From Aureliella sp. (GTDB lineage: Bacteria; Planctomycetota; Planctomycetia; Pirellulales; Pirellulaceae): DNA of 64,000 nt. The notes beneath the pieces are model-generated. The model had not been told where the DNA came from and did no database searches. It saw nothing but the letters and a program-made list of their open reading frames with translations. Below are positions 1 to 10,060 of the stretch, in pieces. Position numbers and translations under genes: made by a program. The stretch spans positions 3,392,001 to 3,456,000 of the forward strand of contig OY829846.1 of NCBI GenBank assembly GCA_963691875.1, read 5' to 3'. Numbering within the stretch: the first letter of the stretch is position 1; the number at the start of each line of letters is the position of its first letter.

Positions 1-776
1 AGCTGACGAAACTAAAGACACTTGAGATGGGTTTCAACTGGCCCCTCAAAGGACGCGATGTCGAGCTTCCCTCAACGCTTGAGCATCTCGACATGATGGA
101 ATCGTTCCAGCTCACCGATCCAGCGGTCATTAATCTCCAAAACAAAGAGAAGCTCCGCACGCTCAACTTATTCTACTGCCTGGAGCTTACCGACAAGAGC
201 CTTGAAGCCTTGAGAGACTTACCTCAACTGGAATCGTTGAACATCGGTTGCATCGCCGCTCTGACCGATGATGGTCTGGCAAACCTGAGTGCCAATACAG
301 GCCTGACTTATCTCAATCTCTGCGACAACGACAACTTTACAGACGAAGGGTTAGAGCATCTCGCGAGGATGAAATCCCTTCAAGAACTGAGTTTGTGGAG
401 CACGCCGAATCTGACGGGGGAAGGCCTGGCCGTTCTTAGCAAGATGCCGCAGCTGAAAAAGCTCAATCTAGCTGACTGCGCTAATTTGACCGATGTTGCC
501 GTGAAGCATCTAAGAAGCAGAGCCAAGCTAGAGGAACTCTACCTGGACAATTGCACGAATCTCACCGACGCGGGAGTAACTCACTTGGCCAGCCTCAAAC
601 ACTTGCGTGAACTCACATTAAACGGCTGCCTCAGCCTCACGGATAAAACACTCGAAACGGTCGAGCAATTGAGCTCTCTCGAATACCTGTCGATTGAGAA
701 CTGCCCCAATCTATCCCGCCAGGCGATCACTCAGTTAGAGCACGAGTTGCCCGATTGCTACATTGTCCGAGACTAG
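1..776 (+). CDS. Leucine-rich repeat protein (cysteine-containing LRR type), 5'-truncated by the window edge
   Basis: About nine ~25-aa repeats of LxxLxLxxCxxLTDxGLxxL. The frame is open from position 3 (LTKLKTLEM), so the true start lies outside the window. Confidence 0.9.
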   Translation, partial: LTKLKTLEMGFNWPLKGRDVELPSTLEHLDMMESFQLTDPAVINLQNKEKLRTLNLFYCLELTDKSLEALRDLPQLESLNIGCIAALTDDGLANLSANTGLTYLNLCDNDNFTDEGLEHLARMKSLQELSLWSTPNLTGEGLAVLSKMPQLKKLNLADCANLTDVAVKHLRSRAKLEELYLDNCTNLTDAGVTHLASLKHLRELTLNGCLSLTDKTLETVEQLSSLEYLSIENCPNLSRQAITQLEHELPDCYIVRD

Positions 777-1065
777 TTTCGAGAGCGAAGGCCCCTGAAT
801 CGCCGAGAAAAGCACAAGACGGCCCACAATCCTATAAGAATCGTAATCACCATGGTGTCAAAGAGATGATAATGAGAGACTGTAGGTAGACTCCCCTTAC
901 AAGTCCCCCGCCTTACCCAAGCAGATTCAAGAATCCTCTGCGCGATGGCGAGGTTTACCTCAGATGACTGATTGAAACCTCGATCAAATCCCCGCCTCAG
1001 CACGATAGCCTTCCCTCCACCGCCTCACCGTGACACTACCATTTACCGGAATCTCCTTCGTATCA

Positions 1066-2910
1066 ATGAAGAACATCCTCCCCTTAACCCTAATTGCGTT
1101 GACGAGCTTCACACTCGGGATTCACGCAGGCGAAGATGTCGTTCCTTCGCAGCAAATCGATGGGCTGGTTCAACAGCAGGTCGCTAAGGCAGGGCAGCAA
1201 GCTCGCCCGAGTATCGATGATTACACTTTTTGCCGACGCATTTACCTCGATGCGATTGGTCGCATCCCGACGCTCGACGAGCTTGATCTGTTTATCGAAG
1301 ACAACGAACCTGACAAACGCAGTCGGCTGATCGCGAAACTCCTTCACTCGAAAGGCTATCAGAGTCACTGGTACAACTACTGGGCGGACCTGCTGAGAGT
1401 GAAATACGTGGGCGACAAGTTGCATCACCCAGGAAACTACGGGCAGTGGATCAAAGAAGCACTGCGGACAAACAAACCTTACAATCAAATGGCTCACGAG
1501 TTAATCAATGCCAAAGGGCCGCTCTACAAGCCTGGCAATGGAGCCACCGGCTTTTACGCACGCGAGCCGATGCCGCTGGATCATCTAGCCAACTCGGTGA
1601 AGACTTTTCTAGGTTTGAGTATTGAGTGCGCTCAGTGCCATGACCACCCGTTTGACGTTTGGACTCAGAAGGACTTTTACAAGCTCGCTGCCTTCAGCTC
1701 TAGGACACACTTGCGAGTCGATCCGACGGTAGACTTGGAGAAGAAGCGATATGCCAAGGATCGCAAAATCCTGAAGAACAAAAGCTTTGATGAATGGATC
1801 GTCTATCGAGAATCCTTGCGGGTGAAGCATGCAGCGATTCATGGAAATGGGACGGGCTTCATGCGTCTGCCGCATGACTATCAGTATGATGATGGCAAGC
1901 CCTTTGAGGCGGTGCAAGCTGACGTTCTTTTCGGTGATATGCCGAAGCTGGATCACAAACTCACCAAGGACAAACTAGACGCTCTCAATCAGAAGAACTT
2001 TGGGCCGCCGATCAACGCCCGCGAATCCTTCGCTGATTGGATGGTTTCTCCCGACAACCCTTTGTTCACCAAATCGATCGTGAACCGCTTGTGGAACCAA
2101 GTAATGGGCACGCAGCTCGTTGGCCCTGTAGGCGGTCTGTCGTCAGAGGAAATGGGGCCGCATCCAGAGCTAACAGAGAAGCTGATTGAGATCATGCAGG
2201 ACTCGGGCTACGACCTCAAGGTTTTCTTGAGCGTCCTGTTCAACAGCCAAACCTACCAGGGTAAAGCAATTGCACTGGAGCCAGACAGAACCCCAGACTA
2301 CGTCCTCGATGGTCCAATCGTCCGCAGGCTCTCCGCAGAAGCGATCGTCGACTCATTCCTCAGCTTGAAAACAGAGAATCCAGAACGGTACGTTGCCACT
2401 GAGTTCACTTGGGATGGCTTTACGAATTTCTACGAGAAGGCTCGTGAGATGGGCGTCAAAGATTTCGTCGAGTATTCTGTGAAAGGGCCGGGTCGAGGTG
2501 CCTTTCAGAAACGCGAAGAAGTGGCGGCCAGGAAACGCAATGGAGACATAGGCCCTAAGCACTTGTGGCGTGTCTCGACCTACGGCCATGTGGATGGAGT
2601 GCATGCTGTGGCCGTGCTCATGGGCAAGTCCGATCGTGAATTAATCGATGGTGCCAACAAAGAGCCCAATATTCCCCAGATCCTCTATTTGCTGAACGGC
2701 CATCTTGAGCAAGAGATTATTGGACAGCCCAAAGCCTACCTACATCGCAAGCTAGAAACTACTGCGGATCCGGAACAACGGATGGAAGTCGTCTGGAAAG
2801 CCATTCTCGGTCGACTACCAAAGGAATCCGAAAAGCCTTTAGTCTCCCACAGGCAGGATGATCTCATTTGGGCGTTGCTCAACTCAAACGAATTTCGATT
2901 TGTCAGATAA
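1066..2910 (+). CDS. DUF1549/DUF1553 (PSCyt2/PSD1) domain protein
   Basis: Signal peptide MKNILPLTLIAL. Motifs 'DDYTFCRRIYLDAIGRIPT', 'CAQCHDHPFD', 'NPLFTKSIVNRLW' and C-terminal 'DLIWALLNSNEF'. Confidence 0.92.
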   Translation: MKNILPLTLIALTSFTLGIHAGEDVVPSQQIDGLVQQQVAKAGQQARPSIDDYTFCRRIYLDAIGRIPTLDELDLFIEDNEPDKRSRLIAKLLHSKGYQSHWYNYWADLLRVKYVGDKLHHPGNYGQWIKEALRTNKPYNQMAHELINAKGPLYKPGNGATGFYAREPMPLDHLANSVKTFLGLSIECAQCHDHPFDVWTQKDFYKLAAFSSRTHLRVDPTVDLEKKRYAKDRKILKNKSFDEWIVYRESLRVKHAAIHGNGTGFMRLPHDYQYDDGKPFEAVQADVLFGDMPKLDHKLTKDKLDALNQKNFGPPINARESFADWMVSPDNPLFTKSIVNRLWNQVMGTQLVGPVGGLSSEEMGPHPELTEKLIEIMQDSGYDLKVFLSVLFNSQTYQGKAIALEPDRTPDYVLDGPIVRRLSAEAIVDSFLSLKTENPERYVATEFTWDGFTNFYEKAREMGVKDFVEYSVKGPGRGAFQKREEVAARKRNGDIGPKHLWRVSTYGHVDGVHAVAVLMGKSDRELIDGANKEPNIPQILYLLNGHLEQEIIGQPKAYLHRKLETTADPEQRMEVVWKAILGRLPKESEKPLVSHRQDDLIWALLNSNEFRFVR

Positions 2911-2914
2911 CAAA

Positions 2915-4147
2915 ATGAAACGCCGCAAATTCATTTACAGCGTTGGAATGGCAGGCATGACATTGCCTGTCCTGAATATAACTGCCGCATCTACCGAAAA
3001 GGCAAAAGCCAAGTCGGTAATCAACATCTTCCTTTCTGGAGGATTGAGCCAGTACGATAGCTTCAATATGGAAGTCGACCAATCGGTGCTGGGTAACTCC
3101 AAGATCATCGATAGCAACGTCGATGGTATGCGCGTTAGTCACTACTTCCCGGCGCTCGCCAACAAGATGGACAAGCTACTGGTGATCAATTCGATGAAGT
3201 CCAATCAGGGTGCCCACCCTGCCGGTATCTACAAGATGCTAACCAGCTACGATCCGCGATCCTCCATCACGCATCCGGAGCTCGGGGCTTGGGTAAGTAG
3301 AAGCCTCACCGCGGAGCAGGACAGCTTGCCAAATTTTGTCAGTATCGGAAAAGGAAGTGCTGGGACTGCCGGATTCTTTCCCGGCCAGTGGGCCGCGCTG
3401 CCAGTCACGAATACGAGAACGGGGATTGATTTCGTCAATCGAAATCCAGTGGTCGGCAAAAACAAGTTTGATCAACGGTTAGATATCCTAAGCGCGCTTA
3501 ACAAAGACTTCGATGGCGAGTACGGTAACAAAGACACGCGCGCCTATGTGGATACTTATCAAGGCTCGCTTCGTTTTATGAACTCTAAGGACATCGATGC
3601 CTTCGACCTGGAGAATGAAAACGAAAACATCACGAGGCTTTATGACAACGAGGAGTTCAGTCGCAGCTGCATGTTGGCCGGACGGCTGGTGGAACGCGGA
3701 GTGCGATACGTCAAAGTAGAGCTTGGTGGTTGGGATTATCACGACGATATCTATGGCAAGCTACCTGCAAACGCTAGGAAGCTAGACAAAGGCCTGGCGT
3801 CGCTGCTCGAGCACCTCATGCAGAAGGGCCTGTTGGATTCGACCTTGGTTGTTGTGTCTACCGAGTTTGGGCGGAAGCCGGATGTAAATCCAAATCAAGG
3901 ACGAGACCATCACCCAGATGGATTTACCTGTTTAATGGCAGGTGCAGGTGTGAAAGCCGGCCAGATCTATGGCACCACTAGTAAAGACGGCAAGTTCGCG
4001 GCCGACGACGTCCTTGAAGTGACAGACTTCAATGCCACCATCGCCTGGGCTCTCGGCATCGACCCGGCGCATGAAGAAGAGAGCAGCATTGGCCAGCCAT
4101 TTACACTCGCCAACAAAGGCGAAGCCCGCAAAGAGCTATTTGCTTGA
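2915..4147 (+). CDS. DUF1501 domain protein (Tat-type signal)
   Basis: Starts MKRRKF. Motifs 'FLSGGLSQYDSF', 'GGWDYH', 'TEFGRKP..N...GRDHHP'. Lies 4 nt after the DUF1549 gene, the usual PVC gene pair. Confidence 0.92.
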   Translation: MKRRKFIYSVGMAGMTLPVLNITAASTEKAKAKSVINIFLSGGLSQYDSFNMEVDQSVLGNSKIIDSNVDGMRVSHYFPALANKMDKLLVINSMKSNQGAHPAGIYKMLTSYDPRSSITHPELGAWVSRSLTAEQDSLPNFVSIGKGSAGTAGFFPGQWAALPVTNTRTGIDFVNRNPVVGKNKFDQRLDILSALNKDFDGEYGNKDTRAYVDTYQGSLRFMNSKDIDAFDLENENENITRLYDNEEFSRSCMLAGRLVERGVRYVKVELGGWDYHDDIYGKLPANARKLDKGLASLLEHLMQKGLLDSTLVVVSTEFGRKPDVNPNQGRDHHPDGFTCLMAGAGVKAGQIYGTTSKDGKFAADDVLEVTDFNATIAWALGIDPAHEEESSIGQPFTLANKGEARKELFA

Positions 4148-4332
4148 GGCCATAGTCGCCCGCTGTTCCAGAGTCGCTGATCACGGTGTCGAGCATGGCG
4201 TGCTCCGACCACACGACATCCTGGTAAGTCCTTCGCCCAAGCGACACTCGCTCTTTGTCGGGGCTTACAGAACTCAGAAGTTGCCGGATAATCTCAGCTC
4301 GCAACTTCGCACTTTCTTCTTCCCAAGAGTCA

Positions 4333-4821
4333 ATGATGTCAGGACAAAACTCGATTCGCAAAGGTAAGGCCGAGGACTTACCGCGTATCTTGGAGCTGAT
4401 CGTAGAATTAGCGGTTTACGAAAAAGAGCCTGACGCGGTGGTGACGACAGTGGAAAGCATGCTGGAAGATGGCTTCGGCCCGAACCCAGTTTACGGCTTC
4501 TTTGTCGCCGAGGACGACGAACAGATCGTTGGCCTATCGCTCTACTACTGGCGCTACTCGACATGGAAGGGCAAGCGACTGTATCTCGAAGACTTGATCG
4601 TCACGGAGTCCGCTCGTGGCAAAGGCTTCGGCAAGGCCTTGTTTAATCGCACGATGGAATTTGCGTTGGAAGCAAATTGCACAGGAATGGTCTGGCAAGT
4701 TCTGGACTGGAACGAGCCCTCGATTGAGTTCTATAAGTCTTACGGAGCCGAGCTGGATTCTGAATGGATCAACTGCAGCTTGAGCGCCGCGCAGATCGAT
4801 TGTTACTTCGCGAAAAGTTGA
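4333..4821 (+). CDS. GNAT N-acetyltransferase, spermidine/spermine (SSAT/diamine) acetyltransferase-like
   Basis: 'ELAVYEK', 'YSTWKGKRLYLEDLIV', acetyl-CoA motif 'RGKGFGKAL', 'WQVLDWNEPSIEFY'. Confidence 0.9.
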   Translation: MMSGQNSIRKGKAEDLPRILELIVELAVYEKEPDAVVTTVESMLEDGFGPNPVYGFFVAEDDEQIVGLSLYYWRYSTWKGKRLYLEDLIVTESARGKGFGKALFNRTMEFALEANCTGMVWQVLDWNEPSIEFYKSYGAELDSEWINCSLSAAQIDCYFAKS

Positions 4822-4825
4822 AGCT

Positions 4826-4920
4826 CACTTCAGCCGGCACGCGACTCCCGCCGCAAACGCACTCGTGCAATTCCGCATCGCTCGCGTTAGAACCGGAGCA
4901 AACGCTCTGCGGCTGAAGTG
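4826..4920. repeat. REP-like inverted doublet
   Basis: Perfect 11-bp inverted repeat CACTTCAGCCG (4826-4836) / CGGCTGAAGTG (4910-4920). The reverse complement of the right arm resembles 9220-9248. Confidence 0.55.
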
Positions 4921-4992
4921 GCGAGAACAGCGAAGATCAACATGGTATGATGGGGATCCCAACATCCTCTGACTTCATGCCAGGTAACGATC

Positions 4993-6615
4993 ATGCTTGT
5001 AGCAAGAAAACGCTACTCCCTCCTATTTTGCCTTCAGCTCTCTGCCTTATTAGGCATGCTAAACTCTCGGCTCGGCACTGCAGCAGATCAAGACGAGAAA
5101 GTACGCCCCAACATCTTGTTCATCTACACGGACGATCAGTCGCATCGTACGGTGAGCTGTTACCCAGATGCTTTTGATTGGGTCAAAACGCCCAACATCG
5201 ACAGATTGGCTCGACAAGGCACGCGGTTTGACCACGCTTACATCGGTGCATGGTGCATGCCATCACGAGCCACGATGCTGACTGGCAAACATCAGCACGG
5301 CATCGAATCGATGCGGATGGAAGGCCGATACCCAGGCAGTGCCTACGATCCTGAACAGTGTCCGTTTTGGCCTGCCGAGTTTCGCAAGCAAGGTTACACC
5401 ACGGCTCAGATTGGCAAGTGGCATACCGGCGTCGATGCAGGGTTCGGTCGCGACTGGGACTTCCAAATTGTTTGGAACAGACCGAAGCATCCCGACAACG
5501 CCCCAAACTACTACTACAACCAGTTGACGAGCTTCCAAGGCAAAGAGCCAGTCATGGTGGAAGGCTACACCACAGACAACTACACCGACTGGGCAATCGA
5601 CTTCATTAACGGTGAGGGGCGCGACGAAGAGAAACCATGGTACTTGTGGTTGTGCTACGGAGCCGTCCATGGCCCCTTCACTCCCGCCGATCGGCACTTA
5701 GAAGATTACGCCGACATCGAAGTCCCCGTGCCACCGAGCATCTATCCACCTCGCGAGGGTAAGCCCAAGTATGTGCAGGATATGGAGTATTGGGAGAAGG
5801 GCAAAAATGGTGCGCCCGTAGAACGGCAGGCACGGGAAACGGCACCCGTTGGCATGAAGGATTTTCCTGGCCGATCGTTAAAAGATTGGGTGCGTCAGTA
5901 TCATCAAGGCGTGAAGGCCATCGACGAGAGCGTGGGGCGCTTGCTTGAGGCACTCGTTGCTTCGGGGCAAGACGAAAACACCATGGTCATCTTCACTTCA
6001 GACCAAGGATTTGCCTGGGGACAGCATGGATTCAAATCCAAGGTAGCTCCCTATCGTGCGACTGTTGAAGCTCCATTGATCATGCGTCTGCCGCAGAACC
6101 AGCCTGCCCCGGCCGGGAGTTCTGTAGAAGCCCCGGTAAGCGGCGTCGATATCATCCCCACCATCTACGCTCAAGCTGGAATCAAACCGCCGTGGGAGAT
6201 GCATGGCCACGACTTGACGCCTTTGCTGAAGAATCCTGAGCACAACTGGGAGCATCCTGCCATGCTAGTGCACACGGGACGCAACTATGGATCTTCGACA
6301 GCAGTTGTTCCAGACAACGACGATCCCGCTTTGTATCACGGTCCAGGAGTTCCTTGGTATGTCATGCTGGCGGAAGGTCAGTACAAATACGTGCGCAATT
6401 TGGTGACCGGTGAAACCGAAGAGCTTTACAATATGATTGAGGATCCGCATGAACTCCAGAACTTGGCACTAGATCCCAAGTTTAACCGTACTCTTGCTCG
6501 AATGCGCGAAGCTACCATCAAGGAACTGAAGCGAACCGACGCCGCGATGGCCGATAACTTACCTCCGCTCGGCACCGAGACACCTCGCAAGCTGTTGCAA
6601 AAGTCCAGCAGATAG
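4993..6615 (+). CDS. Sulfatase (formylglycine-dependent, S1)
   Basis: 'PNILFIYTDD', signature C-x-P-S-R ('WCMPSRATMLTG'), 'GKWH', 'TSDQG', 'ELYN...DPHELQNLA'. Confidence 0.95.
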   Translation: MLVARKRYSLLFCLQLSALLGMLNSRLGTAADQDEKVRPNILFIYTDDQSHRTVSCYPDAFDWVKTPNIDRLARQGTRFDHAYIGAWCMPSRATMLTGKHQHGIESMRMEGRYPGSAYDPEQCPFWPAEFRKQGYTTAQIGKWHTGVDAGFGRDWDFQIVWNRPKHPDNAPNYYYNQLTSFQGKEPVMVEGYTTDNYTDWAIDFINGEGRDEEKPWYLWLCYGAVHGPFTPADRHLEDYADIEVPVPPSIYPPREGKPKYVQDMEYWEKGKNGAPVERQARETAPVGMKDFPGRSLKDWVRQYHQGVKAIDESVGRLLEALVASGQDENTMVIFTSDQGFAWGQHGFKSKVAPYRATVEAPLIMRLPQNQPAPAGSSVEAPVSGVDIIPTIYAQAGIKPPWEMHGHDLTPLLKNPEHNWEHPAMLVHTGRNYGSSTAVVPDNDDPALYHGPGVPWYVMLAEGQYKYVRNLVTGETEELYNMIEDPHELQNLALDPKFNRTLARMREATIKELKRTDAAMADNLPPLGTETPRKLLQKSSR

Positions 6616-6805
6616 GTCCAGCAGCCTAAAATCTGACTCACTCACTTTCTCGTCGTGCTTGTATCCCTCATAGGCCGTTAACGAGCGCAGCGATGCTACG
6701 GCATTGGAGCAAAGCAAGAGGGCGCCCACGGCTGGTCTTTAAAAGGTTAAAAAAATTTGGCATGCGATTGGCTGATCGATGGGCAGCCTGGGGAGGTGCA
6801 ACGGC

Positions 6806-7636
6806 CTAAGTACCGCGCTGGTTGCCGAACCAGATGATGTGGGAACGTGGGCAGAAGCGGAGGTCCTGCTGCTTGCACCAGGGGATCAACCACTCTGCGT
6901 GCTGCTCTAACTCAGAAGCTGTCGTTCCCTGAGGCATGACCAAAAGCCTTTCGCGCTGGAGAGCGTGACCAAGCCTAGATTCTAAACGCAACAAGTAGTC
7001 AAGCACTTCGTCGGCATCTGCCAGCGTATCTACCACAAACTTGAGTTGATAGGGATACTCGTGAATCAACCGCGCCACGACATCCAGTTGTTCGCGACGC
7101 CGCTCGTGTGCTTCCTTCCACTTGGGACTTGCATCTCGTGGAGACGAACCGGATAGCTTCGGGCTGATCGACATCAGATCACACTTGACGGATTGATAAA
7201 CCGTTCCAGCAGTCTCGATCGTAATGTGGATCTGCCTTTCACGGAAAATCTCGGTGAGCTCCGGGAGCTGCGAAAAGATCATGGGCTCGCCGCCGGTGAG
7301 CACGTAGTGTTGAGCCGCAAAGCTCTGGCAACGCCCTTCGATATCAGCGACAGTTAGAAACTCCCCTTCTGGCTTCCAGGAAGCGAAGGGAGTGTCGCAG
7401 AACCAGCATCGCAAATTGCAGCCACTCGTTCGCACAAAAACGCTTGGGGTGCCGACCAACAGCCCTTCGCCTTGCAGACTCTCGTAGATCTCGCATACGC
7501 GGAGTTTTGCCGCCAAGCGATCGCCAGAGTTGTCTGAGGGCGAAGTTGCCACGTCAGCAGCTGCCCGCGATGCCAAATCAGCTGCTTTTACCGCTGCAGA
7601 TTCTTTCGCGTCGTGATTTTCGACTTCCGAGGGCAT
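6806..7636 (-). CDS. queE: 7-carboxy-7-deazaguanine synthase (radical SAM)
   Basis: 'EIYESLQGEG...GTPSVFVRTSGCNLRCWFCDT', 'LTGGEP', 'IETAGT', 'SISPKL'. Confidence 0.93.
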   Translation of the reverse strand: MPSEVENHDAKESAAVKAADLASRAAADVATSPSDNSGDRLAAKLRVCEIYESLQGEGLLVGTPSVFVRTSGCNLRCWFCDTPFASWKPEGEFLTVADIEGRCQSFAAQHYVLTGGEPMIFSQLPELTEIFRERQIHITIETAGTVYQSVKCDLMSISPKLSGSSPRDASPKWKEAHERRREQLDVVARLIHEYPYQLKFVVDTLADADEVLDYLLRLESRLGHALQRERLLVMPQGTTASELEQHAEWLIPWCKQQDLRFCPRSHIIWFGNQRGT

Positions 7637-7737
7637 ACCGAGCCGGATAACTTAGTGACTTTAAATAACTGAGACCGCTGTACAGTTGCGACCGGCGTCG
7701 GGCAGCAAATGTTCAGCCTTTGTGAGGATTCTGACCA

Positions 7738-8103
7738 GTGTCGACACCCTTTCAAGATCAACTGGAAGTTTTCGAGAATAGTTTTCCGGATCGCGAATAC
7801 GAAATCGAGATCGAATGCCCCGAGTTCACCTCAATCTGCCCCAAAACGGGGCAGCCTGATTTTGGTACGTTGATCTTCCGCTATGTCCCCGGAAAACTTT
7901 GCGTCGAGCTGAAGAGCCTCAAGCTCTATCTCCAGAAGTTTCGCAACGAGGGCATTTTCTACGAGAATGTGACCAACCGCATCTTGGACGACTTTGTCGC
8001 CGTGTCTAAACCCAAGCACTTGACGCTCGAGAGCCATTGGGGCGCCCGTGGTGGAATCACTTCCGTGATTACCGTACGCTACGAAGCAACACACAGCGAG
8101 TAA
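7738..8103 (+). CDS. queF: NADPH-dependent 7-cyano-7-deazaguanine (preQ0) reductase, short unimodular type
   Basis: 'PEFTSICPKTGQPDFG', QueF motif 'VELKSLKLYL', 'ARGGI'. Confidence 0.96.
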   Translation: MSTPFQDQLEVFENSFPDREYEIEIECPEFTSICPKTGQPDFGTLIFRYVPGKLCVELKSLKLYLQKFRNEGIFYENVTNRILDDFVAVSKPKHLTLESHWGARGGITSVITVRYEATHSE

Positions 8104-8163
8104 AGCCCGGCAAGGTCGAGCCGAGCCCAGCACATCCCCCGAATCCACACCTAAGGTCCCATC

Positions 8164-9174
8164 ATGTCTAAGCCATCTGTCATTCTAAGTGGTTTTGCCG
8201 ACGAAGCAGCGAACGAGAAAACTGCGATCCAACAATACGCTGCTCTGGCAGCAGCTGGCTTGCAGTACTATTCGATTCGTTTTGTTGATGTCGGCAATGG
8301 CATCAAGAACGCGATGGCTCTGACCAAGGCCGAGCTAAAGAAGGTTGTTAAGATGCAAGCCGAGTATGGCTTGCAGGTTGCCACTGTCGGTTCACCGATC
8401 GGTAAAGTAAAACTACTCGACGTGGACGACGGCACTTCCAACAAATTCGTCCCATTCAAGCAATATTTGAAGAAGGACGTGCAGCACGCGTGCGATGTTG
8501 CCAACACGCTGGGCACCAAAATGCTTCGGGGGTTTTCGTTTTACCATCCCGTTGGTACCAACCCTGAAGAACATTTGAACCAGGTTTGTGATCAACTGGG
8601 CGAGATCGCTGACCTGTGCAAGAAAGAAGGTTTGATTTTTGGCCTGGAAGTCGAAGCCAACTTGGTTGGGCAAACAGGACAATTGCTGGCCAAGATCCAC
8701 AAGAAGGTCAAGCATCCTTCTTTGGTGCTTATCTTTGATGGCGCCAATTTGGTGTGCCAAGGCATGACGCCGGACGAAGTGTTTGCCGAATACTTGGCGA
8801 TGAAACCGGGATTGGGCTGGATTCACGTCAAAGACTATCGCCACTCGTCCGCCACGCAGCGACTGCAGCACATTGACGAAGCCTCATTAAAGAACTTTGT
8901 ACCAGCTGACATCGGCGACACAGGTCACGAAGCGATCTTCCGAGACCTGATCTCGGACTTGCCCAAGATTGAGAAACGGATGAAGAAATTCGGTGCCCCC
9001 GGCGTCATCTTTGACTTGGAACCTCACGTGAAAGGCGGCGGTCAGTTCGGTGGCTTCTCTGGCCCAGACGGATTTGGCGTCGCACTTCGCGGACTTTGCA
9101 AAACACTGGATTACGTCGGCATCGACTATCACTTGACCGACTTCGACGACATCCTTACCCGCCGCGATGCCTAG
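8164..9174 (+). CDS. Sugar phosphate isomerase/epimerase (xylose-isomerase-like TIM barrel)
   Basis: 'LSGFADEA', 'GSPIGKV', 'LEVE', 'FDGAN', 'IHVKDY', 'DLEPH'. Confidence 0.85.
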   Translation: MSKPSVILSGFADEAANEKTAIQQYAALAAAGLQYYSIRFVDVGNGIKNAMALTKAELKKVVKMQAEYGLQVATVGSPIGKVKLLDVDDGTSNKFVPFKQYLKKDVQHACDVANTLGTKMLRGFSFYHPVGTNPEEHLNQVCDQLGEIADLCKKEGLIFGLEVEANLVGQTGQLLAKIHKKVKHPSLVLIFDGANLVCQGMTPDEVFAEYLAMKPGLGWIHVKDYRHSSATQRLQHIDEASLKNFVPADIGDTGHEAIFRDLISDLPKIEKRMKKFGAPGVIFDLEPHVKGGGQFGGFSGPDGFGVALRGLCKTLDYVGIDYHLTDFDDILTRRDA

Positions 9175-9219
9175 CCCCTCCTATGCGAGCGTCTACGCGT
9201 AGCGGAGGGTAATTCTTCA

Positions 9220-9248
9220 TAGCCGAAAGGCGTAAGCCCCGGTTCTAC
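9220..9248 (+). repeat. REP-like palindromic element
   Basis: TAGCCGAAAGGCGTAAGCCCCGGTTCTAC aligns with the reverse complement of 4888-4916 (TCAGCCGCAGAGCGTTTGCTCCGGTTCTA). Confidence 0.5.
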
Positions 9249-9272
9249 AAACTGCTCCGACAGCCGATAGCA

Positions 9273-9968
9273 ATGACCGGGCCTGTGACTCAAGACCCTG
9301 AATGGCAGAATCTTCGAGCCGAGATCGAACGGGTCGTTCAGCTAGTCGATTCGCCATTAAGTCTAGCAAACCAAGATTTGAATTGGCTGCGAGTGGCCAA
9401 TCCGGATGTCCTTCTCGAGGCCGCCGTGGAGGGACAAGACGAGAGGTCCGAAGCGGAAATTGATCCCTTCTGGGCAGCCACTTGGCGAGCTGCGATTGGA
9501 CTCGACGCTTTTCTGGCTCGTTTGGATTTGACGGGCAAAAGAGTCCTTGAGTTAGGCTGTGGCTCTGGACAAGCTGGCACCGGCGCGGCCATACGAGGTG
9601 CTCACGTGACTGCGACAGACTCCGTCAAGCTGGCACTGCAAGTCGCAGAACTCAACGCCTGGTTTGTACGTGAACGTATTGAGTTCAAGCCACTCGTTTG
9701 GTCCAAACAACAATTGCCAGAACCTCCCTTTCCAATCATCCTGGGTTCTGACTTGGTTTACGATCCGAATCTATTTCCACTACTCAACATTTGCGCCCGA
9801 GAGCACTTGCACCCCGGCGGAAGAATGTATCTGAGCGAACCGCATCGCCATACCGGCGATAAGTTCTCAAGCTGGATTCGTGAGGCAGGCTGGGAAACGA
9901 TCGAACACGACATCGATCTGAAAGATGATCGAGTGCCAGTGCGAATCTTCGAGTGCTGGCTAACTTAG
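9273..9968 (+). CDS. Class I SAM-dependent methyltransferase, Methyltransf_16 (METTL21-like) family
   Basis: 'DPFWAATWRAAIGL', 'VLELGCGSG', 'ATD', 'IILGSDLVYD'. Confidence 0.85.
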   Translation: MTGPVTQDPEWQNLRAEIERVVQLVDSPLSLANQDLNWLRVANPDVLLEAAVEGQDERSEAEIDPFWAATWRAAIGLDAFLARLDLTGKRVLELGCGSGQAGTGAAIRGAHVTATDSVKLALQVAELNAWFVRERIEFKPLVWSKQQLPEPPFPIILGSDLVYDPNLFPLLNICAREHLHPGGRMYLSEPHRHTGDKFSSWIREAGWETIEHDIDLKDDRVPVRIFECWLT

Positions 9969-10060
9969 TGGGATTCGCCACCAGTCCAAGAGCTCATCGC
10001 TCTCTTGCGAATTGATTTCGTAGACATTCTAAGAAAGGAATTCTGGCGAATTCCAATACG
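9966..10060. repeat. REP-like inverted doublet (second family)
   Basis: TAGTGGGATTCGCCACCAGTCC (9966-9987) faces GGAATTCTGGCGAATTCCAATACG (10037-10060; reverse complement CGTATTGGAATTCGCCAGAATTCC, hairpin GGAATTC-GCCA-GAATTCC). Confidence 0.55.

Noticed and set aside
7637..7737. preQ1 riboswitch between queE and queF
   Set aside because: No recognisable preQ1 stem-loop with an A-rich tail on either strand.
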